From Leidyana gryllorum EB-2025a (taxonomy: Eukaryota; Protista; Apicomplexa): a stretch of 64,000 nt of DNA. This document shows positions 1 to 11,746 of this stretch, piece by piece. Each line of letters begins with the position of its first letter. The stretch's first letter is position 1. Made by a program: the position numbers and the translations under genes. Where the stretch lies: the NCBI GenBank assembly GCA_048772705.1, contig JBLWGC010000104.1:372001-436000 (forward strand). The letters are read 5' to 3'. The notes under the pieces are model-generated. The model was not told where the DNA came from, searched no databases, and worked only from the letters and a program-made list of their open reading frames with translations.

Positions 1-85
1 GATCGTCTTCAGCGCTGCGATGTCCGCTTTCTTCAGGCTTGCGCTTCTGAAAAAAGCGTGTAATGGGCACATCTCCCTTGCCCAT
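1..85 (-). CDS. 5' end of a gene running off the window (MGKGDVPITRFFQKRKPEES...), with a possible N-terminal PIP-box-like motif
   Basis: ATG at 85 (minus), open to the window edge. ITRFF resembles a PCNA-interacting motif. Only 28 codons are visible. Confidence 0.35.
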   Translation of the reverse strand, partial: MGKGDVPITRFFQKRKPEESGHRSAEDD

Positions 86-130
86 TGGTCAAATCAGTCT
101 GCGGTGACTTAGTCAATGTGTGAACCAATT

Positions 131-1383
131 TTACTCTGAGTCTGAACCATTCATTTCACTTTCACCATCACTGTCACCATCTTGCCCTTTGCCCTCCTCA
201 TCACTCTCCTCAAATCTATCATCTGACCCCTCTTCCTCCTCTTCTTCGTCTACGGAAGATTCACTTACTGAGGAGTCATCATCGTCTTGAGCATCTCGTC
301 TCCTCTTTTTGACCTTGGTTTCTTCTTCGCCTTCGTCTTCCGCGGAGCTCTCCTCACTGCTGCTCTCTTCATTGTCTCTTTGCTGTTGTAGAGCCAACTG
401 CATTCTTTGAGCAGCTCGGCGTTGACGCCGAACTCCGGTATCAAAGTCTGCCCGCTCCCATTCTTTCAATCCAATCTCTCTCATTTCTTGTTCTAACTCC
501 CACTGTTGAATGGCTTGGTCGATCGTTTGTCTACTGGGCAGTTTATCGCCTCCACTCCAAGAGATCTGCAGTCAGCACATATGTAAGCGACCGCAAAGGG
601 AGAGCGATAACTCACGTTGACATCCTTACAGCGTCGCATCAAGCGAAGCTTTAGCTCTTTGATGTAGGCCTGTGGATCTTCCTTGTTGAGACCCTTATAG
701 ATAGCCGGACCACATTTCAGCGCTTTGGCGAATGCCAGCCATTTAGACTTCGGGTCATCAGTGCCCTTTGTGGCAGTTTTGGATCGGGCGACTGGTTTCT
801 TCTTGGGTTTCTCGCTCTCACGTTCGCGACTCGTCTTTGACTCCTTCTCTGCGCGATCGGTCTTTTTGGTCCGAGTTGCAGCTGGGCTCTTGGCACTGGA
901 GTCTTGTTCAGACGCTTTCGAGACTCGCTGCTTCTTCTTACGTCCCGACGACGGCTCCGGTGACTCCTGTCTCCCCCTTTTCCGACCTCTGCGAGGTTTT
1001 GATGCCGCCACTGCGCTGTCGGTGAGGTCAGAATCCGGTACCGCCGAGTTGGCAGTGAGGGTGGGCACAAAGGAGTGTGTACCTTCCCTCCCAGATTGGG
1101 AGTCCGGAGTGCCATCCTGTTGGGTCTGAGCGACTCGTTCTTCTTTCATTAGCTCATAGAGGCTAGCGGCGACGATTTTGGCAGCCTTCTTGACCATATC
1201 CTTGACATCCTTGTCATCGGTGATGAGACTAACTTTTATCTCGAGGTGGTCAGCGAGGAAGCCGAATATCCTGGTGGGGGTCAGCTCGGCAAGAGGAACT
1301 CCACTTCGTAAAATGAGGTCAGAGAGGAGGTTTTGAAGGCTTTCATCGTCAAGAAGTAGCGTCTGTAGTCGGGCTGGTATCAT
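131..1383 (-). CDS. Acidic/basic nuclear protein, HIRIP3/histone-chaperone-like; 2 exons (intron 566-615)
   Basis: ORF 493-1383 joins ORF 131-484 in frame through a GTGAGT...TGCAG intron. It has a K/R-rich NLS-like middle, an ELEQEM...RRQRRAA segment and an acidic tail. Confidence 0.55.
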
Positions 1384-1406
1384 GTAGCTAAAATGTCTTT
1401 TTGGGC

Positions 1407-2829
1407 ATGACCAATCCCGAAGTTGACTTGGAAGACCGCCAGCACCCCCAGCCGGCTTCGGAACCCCGAACCAAATGGAGAAGGGTCCAAGATGACCCCC
1501 ATACCGTCAAGCTTTACGATGTCAATCGCCCCTTGCTGCAAATTGCTCCAATGCTGCACGTCAGTGACCGGCACTTTCGGTAAGCCTTTGCCCGCTTTTC
1601 GCATGAACTATACGCGATATCCCAGCAATTTCATACGTATGCTGACTGCTAAAGCGCAATTATGGACGGAGATGGTGGTAGATTCTACTATAAAGCACAC
1701 CGATGATTTGCCCCGGCATCTTGGCTATGACCAGGTGGAGCATCCTATCGTGTGCCAGCTCGGAGGTTCTAACCCCGAGGAGATGGCCGCGGCGGCGAAG
1801 GTCGTGGAGGAGTGGGGTTATGACGAAGTTAATGTGAACGTCGGGTGCCCAAGCAGTCGAGTAGTTGACTGTGGATTGTTTGGAGCACTGTTGATGAAAG
1901 ACCCGGAACTCGTATCTCGGATCTGTACGAGTATGAAGGCCCAAACGAGTATACCTGTGACCATCAAGACTCGTATCGGGGTCGACTCTGAAGATTCTTT
2001 CGACTGGTTATCGGACGTTATTAAGGTACGTGGTGGATTCGTGCTGCTCTCGCGGTCTGCTGTCTCGCTTTCTGCTAACTACTGTTCTCTCGCAGACAAT
2101 GAAGGGTTCTGGGGTTGAGCATTTCATTATGCACGCTCGTCCGGCTTGGCTGAACAAAAAGCTCTCGCCGGCGCAGAATCGGTCAATACCGCCTCTGAAT
2201 TTGGACCGGGTATACGAGATCGCCGAAGCTTTTCCCGAGCTGAACTTTTCGATCAATGGGGGCATCCAGAGTCTGGAAGAAGTCGAGGAGCTTTTGGGGC
2301 GACCGCGGGATCCAAAGGATCCGAGTTCGGGCAGTCTGCTGCACGGAGTGATGATAGGACGTGCTGCTTCTGACAAACCCGCCTTTCTAGCTGGCACAGA
2401 TACTAGACTATATCGGGAGAAAAGTAACCCAAAAACGGCCTGGTCGCGGGAGACTGTTTTGGAGGGTTATCGCGAATACGTTACTGATGTCAGTCGACGG
2501 TCAGCGGAGGGTACTCTCCACACCTTCAAGCACGTGTTCCCGCTGTTGCGACCAATCGTAGGGCTTTTTCACAGCACCAAAGGGAGCAAATTGTATCGAC
2601 AGAGTATCGGTGAGTCACCATTTACGACAGACAGCAGATTAACTCCGACACCGCCCTCGCAGACCGCCACATTCGTGAGTTCAGCAGTAAGGACAGTCCA
2701 GAGGAAGTTCTCTCAAAGCTCATGAATTTCATTGAACAAGCCTTGCCCGAGCTCTACTCAGCCCCCATCGTCCCAGACACATCTGAGCCCAAGACGGAAG
2801 CTGAGACTGATGAAAAGTCCGAAACCTGA
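1407..2829 (+). CDS. dusA: tRNA-dihydrouridine synthase, DusA-like; 4 exons (introns ~1580-1625, 2027-2095, 2610-2661)
   Basis: Motifs IAPM, WTEMV, QLGGS, NVNVGCPS, GALLM, KTRIG, IMHAR, INGGI and GVMIGRA. Canonical GT-AG introns restore the frame. Confidence 0.9.
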
Positions 2830-3263
2830 AACTGCTCTATCGCGTGCGTTGTCTGGGTGGGCGCCCGCACTCGATCAAGGATCAACGATCGATCTCTGTG
2901 TGTCAATAAGTAGAGTCTCTTTGCTGTGGTCTTATCAAATGCAAATGTCTCCTCCATTGCTGATGGCATTCCGTATGGCTCATCTCTATCCCACCCAACC
3001 GATATTCTCTCACAATGGCTCACCTCACAATCATCTTTGCTCTTTGCTCATTGCTATTGCGGCCTATTGGTCTGATGTGCCACGTACATTCACAGTGTCG
3101 GCGAGCGAGAAGCTCCTATGGCGGTTCGGACTGAGGTTTGTATCCACTCTGGGCTGGTTATGGATGAGTGAAGGATTGCGATCTACGATCGTTACTCATT
3201 CCTGAAGGGTCGATCAAGCGGAGTCTCAAGTTTTTTTTTTGCCGTGTCTGAAGGGCAGTCGAG

Positions 3264-4484
3264 ATGACAGCGACTGTGAGTGATGGCTCTTTCGTGGAAG
3301 TCGAGGACTTTCGGCCAGCGTCGAGTCGAGGATGGATTGTCGCAGTGATGGCCACTACCACTCTCGTGGCGGGTGCCGCGACTGCCATAACTGTCAAGAT
3401 GCAGAACCGGGTGGAGCTGCCAATCTGCAAAGACTGTGAAGAGGTGGAATACTTTGATCAGCCGTACTGGCAGACGTTCATTATGTTCTGCGGCGAGGCT
3501 CTATGCCTCGTGGTATGGTGGATAGACATTTGGTGGCGCAATCGTAAGGGACGCAAGCTGACCAAGTTGGAATTCCCAAACAATGAGGCGTCGTTCAATA
3601 AGCCCAGAACTCCCTATTGGTGGTGGATATTCCCCGCATTGGCGGATCTCCTGAGCACTGGACTCTACAACATGGCTTACACGATGACTTACGCCTCCAC
3701 TATTTTGGTTCTGAGTAATTCATCCCTCATCATCACCGGCATTTTGTCCATTATAATGCTTAAGCGCCCCATGAGAGTCCACGAATGGCTCGGTATTCTC
3801 GTGATGACCGCTGCCATGGGAGTTTCCAGCATCCAGGCTATTCGCAGCCCCGATACTGAGACCAATGTGGATGAAAATCGGGCCTGGTTGGGAATTTTGC
3901 TCACCATCATCGGCTCGGTCATTGGAGCTATCCAATTCATTCTCGAGGAATGGTTCTATAAGCGTACTTACTTTGCTCCCATGGGCGCCATGGGACTGCA
4001 AGGAGTTTGGGGCGGACTCATGTCCATTGTAGGAATAATGATTTGCCACTGGACCGGGACATACGATTTCGGAGTAGCTTGGTACCAGATGAATGCATCA
4101 GGCACTCTTGTCGCTGGTAATATTGTACAGCTGTTCGCGGCACTCGCGTCCAACGGGGCCGGACTAAGTACCACCAAGTTGGGATCCGGACTTCTTCGAG
4201 CTGCCATCTGGGCTCTGCGCAGTCCTATCATCTGGATTTTGGAGCTCATTCTGGGCTGGCAAGCCTTCGGATGGGAGCAACTCGTTGCACTCATCCTCTC
4301 AGGTATTGGCTTCTGGGTCTATGTCTCCCTGCTGCCCCTCACCCCAACCAAAACACCATGGCTATACAAGATCATGAGACGTCAAGTTCCTTGCTGCTGC
4401 ATAAAGGCGGTACCAGAGGACGATGAGACTAAGGAAGTATCACCTTCAGTCGCCGTGAACGAGGTAGCTGCGGAATCTGTGTGA
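3264..4484 (+). CDS. SLC35F6-like / DMT-superfamily transporter, paralog 1 (intronless)
   Basis: About 10 hydrophobic helices; FDQPYWQTFIMFCGEALCL, PALADL and QFILEE motifs. Confidence 0.85.
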   Translation: MTATVSDGSFVEVEDFRPASSRGWIVAVMATTTLVAGAATAITVKMQNRVELPICKDCEEVEYFDQPYWQTFIMFCGEALCLVVWWIDIWWRNRKGRKLTKLEFPNNEASFNKPRTPYWWWIFPALADLLSTGLYNMAYTMTYASTILVLSNSSLIITGILSIIMLKRPMRVHEWLGILVMTAAMGVSSIQAIRSPDTETNVDENRAWLGILLTIIGSVIGAIQFILEEWFYKRTYFAPMGAMGLQGVWGGLMSIVGIMICHWTGTYDFGVAWYQMNASGTLVAGNIVQLFAALASNGAGLSTTKLGSGLLRAAIWALRSPIIWILELILGWQAFGWEQLVALILSGIGFWVYVSLLPLTPTKTPWLYKIMRRQVPCCCIKAVPEDDETKEVSPSVAVNEVAAESV

Positions 4485-4726
4485 ATTTTTTCTCAGATGA
4501 CTGTTCTAGTCATCTCGCCTGGACCAACTCTACCTGACCTCCCCTAGCAATTGACAATGATCTCTTCTTATTTACCGATGCATTTGTGAGTGATCAAAAC
4601 GGCTCCTCCACGACTTAACAGTCACAAAAACGTACCTTCCGTGGCTGAGCCCTCGACTATCCGACTATCCGCACGCGCTCCCATCACACACAGTGCGCTT
4701 GCTTGATTTTTGGTAGGTGTTTCAAG

Positions 4727-5995
4727 ATGGAGAAGGACAATGATGTTGAATCCTTCGTCGAGGTCGGAGATTTTGAGCGACGGTCGGGCCGACGATGGAT
4801 CGTTTGGGTGATGGCAGCCACAACTTGTATTACGGGAGCTCTGACTGTGATTGCTGTCAAGATGCAGAACCGGATCGAGTTACCTATCTGTGACGGCTGC
4901 GTTGAAGAACAATACTTTGACCAGCCCTATTGGCAAGTCTTCATCATGTTCTGTGGCGAAGCCATATGTCTCGTTGTGTGGTGGATTGATATATGGTGGC
5001 GGAATCGTAAAGGTCGACGATTGACACTTTTCGAATTTCCCAACAATGAGGCCTCCTTCAACAAGCCTAGGACGCCCTTTTGGTGGTGGATTTTTCCTGC
5101 TCTCGCCGACTTGTTATGCAACGGCCTATTTAATATGGCTTACACAATGACCTACGCTTCCACCATCTTAGTTTTGAGTAATGCTTCTCTGATTTTGACT
5201 GGTATCCTCTCCATTGTCATGTTGCGCCGCCCTCTGAGGGTCCACGAGTGGCTGGGTATCTTGGTCATGACCGCTGCTATGGGAGTGGCAAGCATCCAGG
5301 CCATCCGATCACCAGAAAGTGAGACCAATATCGACAGTGATCGTGCTTGGTTGGGTATCATACTGACGTTGGTGGGCTCCGTTGTCGGATCGGTCCAATT
5401 CATTCTTGAAGAGTGGTTTTATACACGGACTTACTTTGCACCAATGGGAGCTATGGGACTCCAAGGTGTCTTCGGGATCCTAATGTCGATCGCAGCTATG
5501 GCGATCTGTCATTTGACAGGTCAATACGACTTCGCTGTTGGCTGGTATCAAATGAATTCTTCCAAGACCATCATGACGGGTAGTTTGCTACAGACCATTG
5601 GTGCAGTTTTTAGTAACGGTGCGGGCCTCTGCACGACCAAACTTGGATCGGGCCTCATGCGTGAACTCGTGTGGGCCCTTCGAAGTCCCATCATCTGGAT
5701 TTTGGAGCTCATTGTTGGCTGGCAGAGTTTCTCTTGGGAACAGCTAGCAGCACTCATTCTGTCTGGTGTTGGCTTCTGTATCTATCTGCTGATGCTCCCA
5801 TTTCGATCAGACACTTCATCGTGTACCCAATCGGTCCTCAGGAAGCAAATTCCTTGTTTCTGTATCAAGCCGCTGCCTGAGCCAGAATCGGAGAACTCAT
5901 TCAAGGGAGGACAGCTGCTGGGTCCCATGGAGACCCATCATGTGGTCGGGGAATCTGGTGCCGAGCTGACCAACAAGCCGACAGATGCAGTCTGA
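4727..5995 (+). CDS. SLC35F6-like transporter, paralog 2
   Basis: Highly similar to paralog 1 along its length; first ATG at 4727. Confidence 0.85.
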   Translation: MEKDNDVESFVEVGDFERRSGRRWIVWVMAATTCITGALTVIAVKMQNRIELPICDGCVEEQYFDQPYWQVFIMFCGEAICLVVWWIDIWWRNRKGRRLTLFEFPNNEASFNKPRTPFWWWIFPALADLLCNGLFNMAYTMTYASTILVLSNASLILTGILSIVMLRRPLRVHEWLGILVMTAAMGVASIQAIRSPESETNIDSDRAWLGIILTLVGSVVGSVQFILEEWFYTRTYFAPMGAMGLQGVFGILMSIAAMAICHLTGQYDFAVGWYQMNSSKTIMTGSLLQTIGAVFSNGAGLCTTKLGSGLMRELVWALRSPIIWILELIVGWQSFSWEQLAALILSGVGFCIYLLMLPFRSDTSSCTQSVLRKQIPCFCIKPLPEPESENSFKGGQLLGPMETHHVVGESGAELTNKPTDAV

Positions 5996-6424
5996 ACTTC
6001 AGCAGGCTGCTTTTTGGCGATCTTGCATGATCTCCTTTGTATCGAACACGTGTGTAATTAGCTATGTGATCGATCGAATGTCCGCGCGTTAAACGGGCTG
6101 ATTTCCTCTCAATAGACAGCAGAACTTTTTTGTCGCTTCTCAGAGGAGCCAGGTCGGTTGGGAACGTGTTACCCAAATGAAATTAGAGAACTGGTTCAAG
6201 ATCGGGGCCTTGGACTCGCAAGTGGTCGAGTGATCAGTCGTTGTACTCGACAGTACAGATCGCGATCACTTTGTTCTTGAGCAGCAAGTAGCAAAGCTTG
6301 CATCAGATAATTGTGGCCAAGACCGATTCGTTTGAGTTACTGTTGCAGCGATACGCAAGCTCGCGGAGTACTGTCGAGCGACAACGGTGATTCCGCCTCA
6401 TTCTCTTCCACTAAAGTTCTGAGT

Positions 6425-7717
6425 ATGGACGATAAGGCTCACACCGATGACATGGGTCGGGCGGCGGTGGCTTCCGACTTAGAGTTTGGGGAGATTGGAG
6501 TGCAAAGCGGCAAGCCGAGAGGATGGCTCGTCGCAGGGATGGCTGCTGCCAGCCTCGTAGCGGGCGTCGGGAGCGCCTTAGCGGTAAAGATGCAAAATCG
6601 AGTCAAGACTGCCATCTGCCAGGATTGCATCACAGAAGATGAAATGGAGTATTTTGATCAGCCGTATTGGCAGACCTTCATCATGTTTTGTGGCGAAGCT
6701 TTGTGTCTGGTGGTGTGGGGTATCGAGATCTGGTGGAGAGATCGTCAAGGACGTCGCTTGATGTATATGGAATTCCCTAACAATGAAACCTCATTCAATA
6801 AGCCCAGAACGCCATATTGGTGGTGGATTTTTCCCGCTCTGGCCGATCTCATGTCAACAAGTTTCCTCAATATGGCGCTGACCATGACATATGCCTCAAC
6901 CATCTTAGTTTTGAATAACACTAACTTAATCTTAACGGGAATACTGGCTGTTGTTATGATACGCACCCCTCTGAGGGTTCACCAATGGCTCGGAATATGT
7001 GTCATCACTGCTGCCATGGGCGTGACCAGCATCCGCGCCATACGATCCCCTGAAAGTCAGACCAACACGGACCCCGACAAAGCGTGGTTGGGCATCATTC
7101 TGACCATATTGGGTGCTGGTATTGGAGCCGTTCAAGTTGTGCTAGAGGAGTGGTACTATAAGCGACGATACTTCCCTCCCATGGCTTCAATGGGCCTCCA
7201 AGGCCTTTTCGGGGCTGCGATGTCAATCGTGGCGATGCTTCTGTCGCATTATACGGGTGTGTACGACTTCCGCGTTGGCTGGTACCAAATGAATTCTTCG
7301 AAAGCTATCATGAGTGGGAACATATCCCACATTTTCTCTTCACTGATCTGCAATGGAAGTGGCCTTTGCACCACCAAGCTGGGATCGGCACTCTTGCGAG
7401 CCGCCGTGTGGGCACTTCGCAGTCCCGTTGTGTGGGTTGTGGAGCTTACCCTCGGATGGCAAAGCTACGCGTGGGAGCAACTGGTTGCTTTAATACTTGC
7501 CGGGGTGGGATTTTCCATCTATGTCTGTCTACTTCCGCTCTCGCAAGACAAAACTCCAACCATATATCGATGGATGAAACGCCAAGTGCCATGCTTCTGC
7601 ATAAGACCTTCAGACGTCGAAGAGACTCACTTCGACGAACCCTCAAAGATGATAGCTCACACTGAGCCAACCATCGGCTCTGACGCCGACACCGACGAGA
7701 AGTCCAATGCGATCTGA
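6425..7717 (+). CDS. SLC35F6-like transporter, paralog 3
   Basis: Same motifs as paralog 1; first ATG at 6425. Confidence 0.85.
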   Translation: MDDKAHTDDMGRAAVASDLEFGEIGVQSGKPRGWLVAGMAAASLVAGVGSALAVKMQNRVKTAICQDCITEDEMEYFDQPYWQTFIMFCGEALCLVVWGIEIWWRDRQGRRLMYMEFPNNETSFNKPRTPYWWWIFPALADLMSTSFLNMALTMTYASTILVLNNTNLILTGILAVVMIRTPLRVHQWLGICVITAAMGVTSIRAIRSPESQTNTDPDKAWLGIILTILGAGIGAVQVVLEEWYYKRRYFPPMASMGLQGLFGAAMSIVAMLLSHYTGVYDFRVGWYQMNSSKAIMSGNISHIFSSLICNGSGLCTTKLGSALLRAAVWALRSPVVWVVELTLGWQSYAWEQLVALILAGVGFSIYVCLLPLSQDKTPTIYRWMKRQVPCFCIRPSDVEETHFDEPSKMIAHTEPTIGSDADTDEKSNAI

Positions 7718-8016
7718 AACACCGATTCGACTTAACTCTACGCCGCACACGTGTGCTAACAACAAGATCAAGACGTGTGCTAGCTAATAGTGTATGCAAT
7801 GACAGCAGTAGACAGATGCTGATCGATTTATACAGATCTCCCTCCTTTTTTGGTTGAAACACCGAATCGTACAGTCTTGCAGAGCCAATGCAGTTGAGTG
7901 TCTGGCAGTTAGTGGGCCTGCCTGCTGCCCAGCACCCCTTCCACGCTTTCCATATGGGTAGAGCATAATTTTTCGTTCAAGGGAGCAAAGCGAAAGACTC
8001 GGAAGTGCCATCCGTG

Positions 8017-9297
8017 ATGGAAGATCTAGAAGGTGACAAGGCACGGATTGCGCAAGGTGCAAAGACTGCCCATTTATCAGATGAGGATATTCAGCAGCGT
8101 ATTGCGGGCAGCGAGTCGAATACGTTGAGTCTGGTACCTCCGCGGCGGTGGTTCATAACTGCGGCGTCTTTGACAACATTGATTGCCGGCTGCATGTGTG
8201 TGTTGGCCGTAAAGTACCAAAATCGAACGAAATATCCAGTTTGTGATGGATGTCCGGCGGAGTATTTCGATCAGCCGTACTGGCAAACGTTCATAATGTT
8301 TGCTGGAGAAGCGATGTGTTTGATTGTATGGTGGATCGAGATCAAATTACGTGATCGGGCTGGACGGAAGCTCATGTATATGGAGTTCCCTCGGAGCAGT
8401 CGATCGTTCAATAAGCCGCGTACCCCGTATTGGTGGTGGATCATGCCAGCTTTTCTGGATTTGATTGGCACTGCATTCGTCAATATGGCTTTCACAATGT
8501 CTTATGCGTCGACAATCCAGATGTTGCGAAACACAATGCTGATTTGTACATCCTTCTTCTCTGTTACGATGTTGCGGAGGCCATTGCGGGTCCACGAATG
8601 GATTGGTATAGTGGTGATGACGATTGGTATGGCGGTGGCGAGCATACAAGCCATTCGGTATCCGGAAAGTGCGACAAATTTGCACCGAGATCGTGCTTGG
8701 CTGGGGATTGTACTAACATTGGTCGGGACTGTATTCAACGCTTTTCATCTGATTCTTGAGGAATGGTATTACCACCGAGCGTATTTTCCTCCCATGGCGT
8801 CGATGGGACTGCAGGGACTTTTTGGTCTTGGCATGAATATAATTGCTATCATAATAGCGCATGCTGCGGACATCAGTAACTTCAAGCACGGATGGTACCA
8901 AATGAACCATTCGCGTGATATTTTCCTTGGTAATATATGGTATCTTGCTGTCGTGTGTATATTTAACGGCGCTGCAATTTGTACCACTAAACTGGGGTCC
9001 GGACTGCTGCGAGCTGTAATATACTCTCTCCGGTCGCCTCTGCTTTGGATCGTCGAACTCTGTCTCGACTGGCAGGACTTTTCGTGGGAGCAACTAATCG
9101 CCCTCTTCCTGGCGGCCTTCGGATTTCTGATTTACGCCTTTATTATACCCACAGTGTCGAAAACGGACACCCCAACAGCATACCGAAGGTTGAAGCATCA
9201 AATCCCATGTTGCTGCACTGACCCTATACCCGATTCTGACGATGAAGAGCTCTTCTCCGACACCAATAGTTTTCGAGACGACGCAGCACAATTGTGA
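8017..9297 (+). CDS. SLC35F6-like transporter, paralog 4
   Basis: Same motifs, and retains the family-typical ASTIQMLR; first ATG at 8017. Confidence 0.85.
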   Translation: MEDLEGDKARIAQGAKTAHLSDEDIQQRIAGSESNTLSLVPPRRWFITAASLTTLIAGCMCVLAVKYQNRTKYPVCDGCPAEYFDQPYWQTFIMFAGEAMCLIVWWIEIKLRDRAGRKLMYMEFPRSSRSFNKPRTPYWWWIMPAFLDLIGTAFVNMAFTMSYASTIQMLRNTMLICTSFFSVTMLRRPLRVHEWIGIVVMTIGMAVASIQAIRYPESATNLHRDRAWLGIVLTLVGTVFNAFHLILEEWYYHRAYFPPMASMGLQGLFGLGMNIIAIIIAHAADISNFKHGWYQMNHSRDIFLGNIWYLAVVCIFNGAAICTTKLGSGLLRAVIYSLRSPLLWIVELCLDWQDFSWEQLIALFLAAFGFLIYAFIIPTVSKTDTPTAYRRLKHQIPCCCTDPIPDSDDEELFSDTNSFRDDAAQL

Positions 9298-9598
9298 TTC
9301 GGCACTGCTTTATCTGTTTGTGTGTGATCAATACTTCGCCATTGGGTGTGGCTTCAAACCGCTCCCTCCAACAGGCATAGCAGGCAACCCCTAAATTCGT
9401 TTGAGAATCGTGGCAAACAGGCAATGAACACAAATCCTCTTGAAAGTGGCGAATGCAGCCACTCGGGAACGCTGTGCTACTGCTCGTGTGTACTCCACCA
9501 AAAAAATAGAGAGACAATATCACACAATGCGACTTGAGCCCACACGGCCTGAGCGTCGCAGAATTAATGTGTCAAATCTCTATATTTCCCCACAAAAG

Positions 9599-10654
9599 AT
9601 GACATTTGTCGCACTGATTGTCGAGGCACATAAAGGGTGAGTCACTCGTCAATAACTTACTCACAGAGCGTATTCTAGTATCGGGTTTGAGGTCACAAAG
9701 AAACTGGTCGAGCATTTCAAGGAGGCAAATATCGATGATGCCGTCCTTTACGTTTCGGCATGCGACACCCGAAATGCCTTGATAACTGCTGAGAAACTGA
9801 ACAAAGGCTTGTCCAAAGCACTCGTTTGCCCTTTTGAGCTGAACCTCTGGGAGCGAGAAAGCTGTGCCAAAGCGGTGAAACGGATCAGAGAGCAACATAA
9901 GGGATTGGACCTGCTCATAATCAACTCCAACTGGCTTCCACCCACTCCCGAAAAACCCGAGGAGGATCCTTTGTGGGGATTCCGCACCATCAGCCGACCC
10001 TTCAACGGGCTTATTAACATCTTAGATGCTTTTCTGCCTGAGGTGCGAGAGGGTGGTAAAGCCATTGCTACCTGCTCGTCTGTCGGAGAGTGGGCCTGGT
10101 CACAGTTAGACAAAGAGAAGCAACATTTGATCAAAGGCATCTATGATCCAATCAGCCTTCGAGGTACCTATGAAGCCATTGAGAGGTATGCAACCCCCAG
10201 TCGGCAATCTAGTTTCTACCTCGCGCAGGGCCGCTCGTGAGCAGGTACTTAAGGATAATGGCTGGGGCCCTTCTATATTCGGAATTTCGCAAGTGCTGGG
10301 TGGGTGTCCTTGGCACAGCTGTTGTTCACCCCCTTTTAGTCGCCAAACTGTGCAAGTTCTACAGTCAATATGTTCCTGACAATTCCGTTCTCTTGAGCAT
10401 CGTGGCTGGTAGGTGCTCTCGCATGACTGGCTTGCTCCTACATACCAAATGTGTTCCAGATGATTCCGAAACTGAAATCGAAGGATGGACAAAACCAGAC
10501 ATTCCACTGGCTAAAGCGGTGAGTAACATAACATGCGCGCTGAATGAACAGCAAACAGGCTGAAGAGGTCATGAAGTTTGCCACGGGAGAATTTGACCAC
10601 AAAGCTTTCCAAGGCGCATACGTTGTCGACGGCCAAAACCGGTTGTATTTCTGA
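9599..10654 (+). CDS. Carbonyl-reductase-like SDR paralog with degenerate active site (multi-exon)
   Basis: Collinear with the 11747 gene (MTFVAL..., GLDLL, PEEDP, DAFL). TGGNKGIG is replaced by EAHKGIG, NAG by NSN and YGLSK by FGISQ. Confidence 0.75.
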
Positions 10655-10899
10655 TCACCGGGATTATTGTCCAAGGCGAAAAGCGCTACCAGCACCCATG
10701 GCTGACCGACATGCCGAACATCCGACCGCATTGGGCGTTGGCGCACACGTGTGTGGCTCCACTGTATACATGGTTGGGAGGAAGGACCGGCCGCAATTTC
10801 ATGATAGGGTTGGACGTTTTGGTGCAGGTCAAATTTCGATTAGATAGTAGTCCTGACTGATCCTGTTCAGTGTAAGGTCAAAAATTTGACGCCTCTTAT

Positions 10900-11713
10900 A
10901 TGCTCAATTGGGTCCGGCAGCTGGTGGGTGTGGGAGCTCAGAAAGGCGAGAAGGGTGCCAACTCAGGTTGTACACACTATCGTCGTAACTGTGATATCAT
11001 AGCCCCGTGCTGGTAGGTGGCTGAATAGTATTGGCACACAATTTCTAATATGCGATGGTAGCCGCCGATCCTTTCCCTGTGTGTTGTGTCACAATGAGGA
11101 CCCCACTGTTGAGTGAGTACAGGGTAACATAAGCTGTTAGTTGGCTGCCACGACAGGTGCTCCAAGTTAGAGAATGCTGGGGTACGAGAGATGCGTTGTC
11201 GTTCTTGCCATGAAGTACAAGAGGCCACAGACAAATGTATTGTTTGTAAGGAGTCTTTTGGAGACTACTGGTGTCAAACGTGCAAGATTGTCCACACGAA
11301 CAATTCGTCAAAGGTGGGTGGCGCTTGTCTGGTCGAGTAGATCATATTTGGCAACCCAGTCTATATATCATTGCGAGGAGTGCGGTATTTGCCGTCTTGG
11401 CAAAGTTTCGGACGTAAAACACTGCCGGAAATGCGGCGTGTGTTATCAGAGTCGATATTTCGACCAACATAAATGCATTGGTGGGGGCCGTTATTTGAGT
11501 CTTCCCTATATCTCGGTGTTTTCGACAGAGAATGTTGGTGAGGAATGGTGCGCTCTGTGTTTGGACCCATTGAGCTCACCCACGCAAGTGGCAGTCCATC
11601 TGCTGACTTGCGGTCATTGTTTCCATAAGAATTGTCTCGAAGTTCTAGTAAAACACGGAGGAAACTCAGCCAGACACTGTCCCTTGTGTCAGGTATCGAT
11701 GTACGAGTCGTAG
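10900..11713 (+). CDS. RCHY1: CHY zinc finger + RING-H2 E3 ligase (RCHY1/Pirh2-like), 5 exons
   Basis: GCTHYRRNCDIIAPCC, FPCVLCHNE, YHCEECGICRLG, HCRKCGVC, HKCIE and RING CALC...CGHCFHKNC...CPLC. Confidence 0.85.
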
Positions 11714-11746
11714 ATCTCTGGTTTTTTTTTCTCAACCACTCGATCA

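Noticed and set aside
2830-3263. Possible small minus-strand gene between DusA and the first transporter
   Set aside because: Splice-like sites exist, but I could not build a continuous frame or recognise a product.
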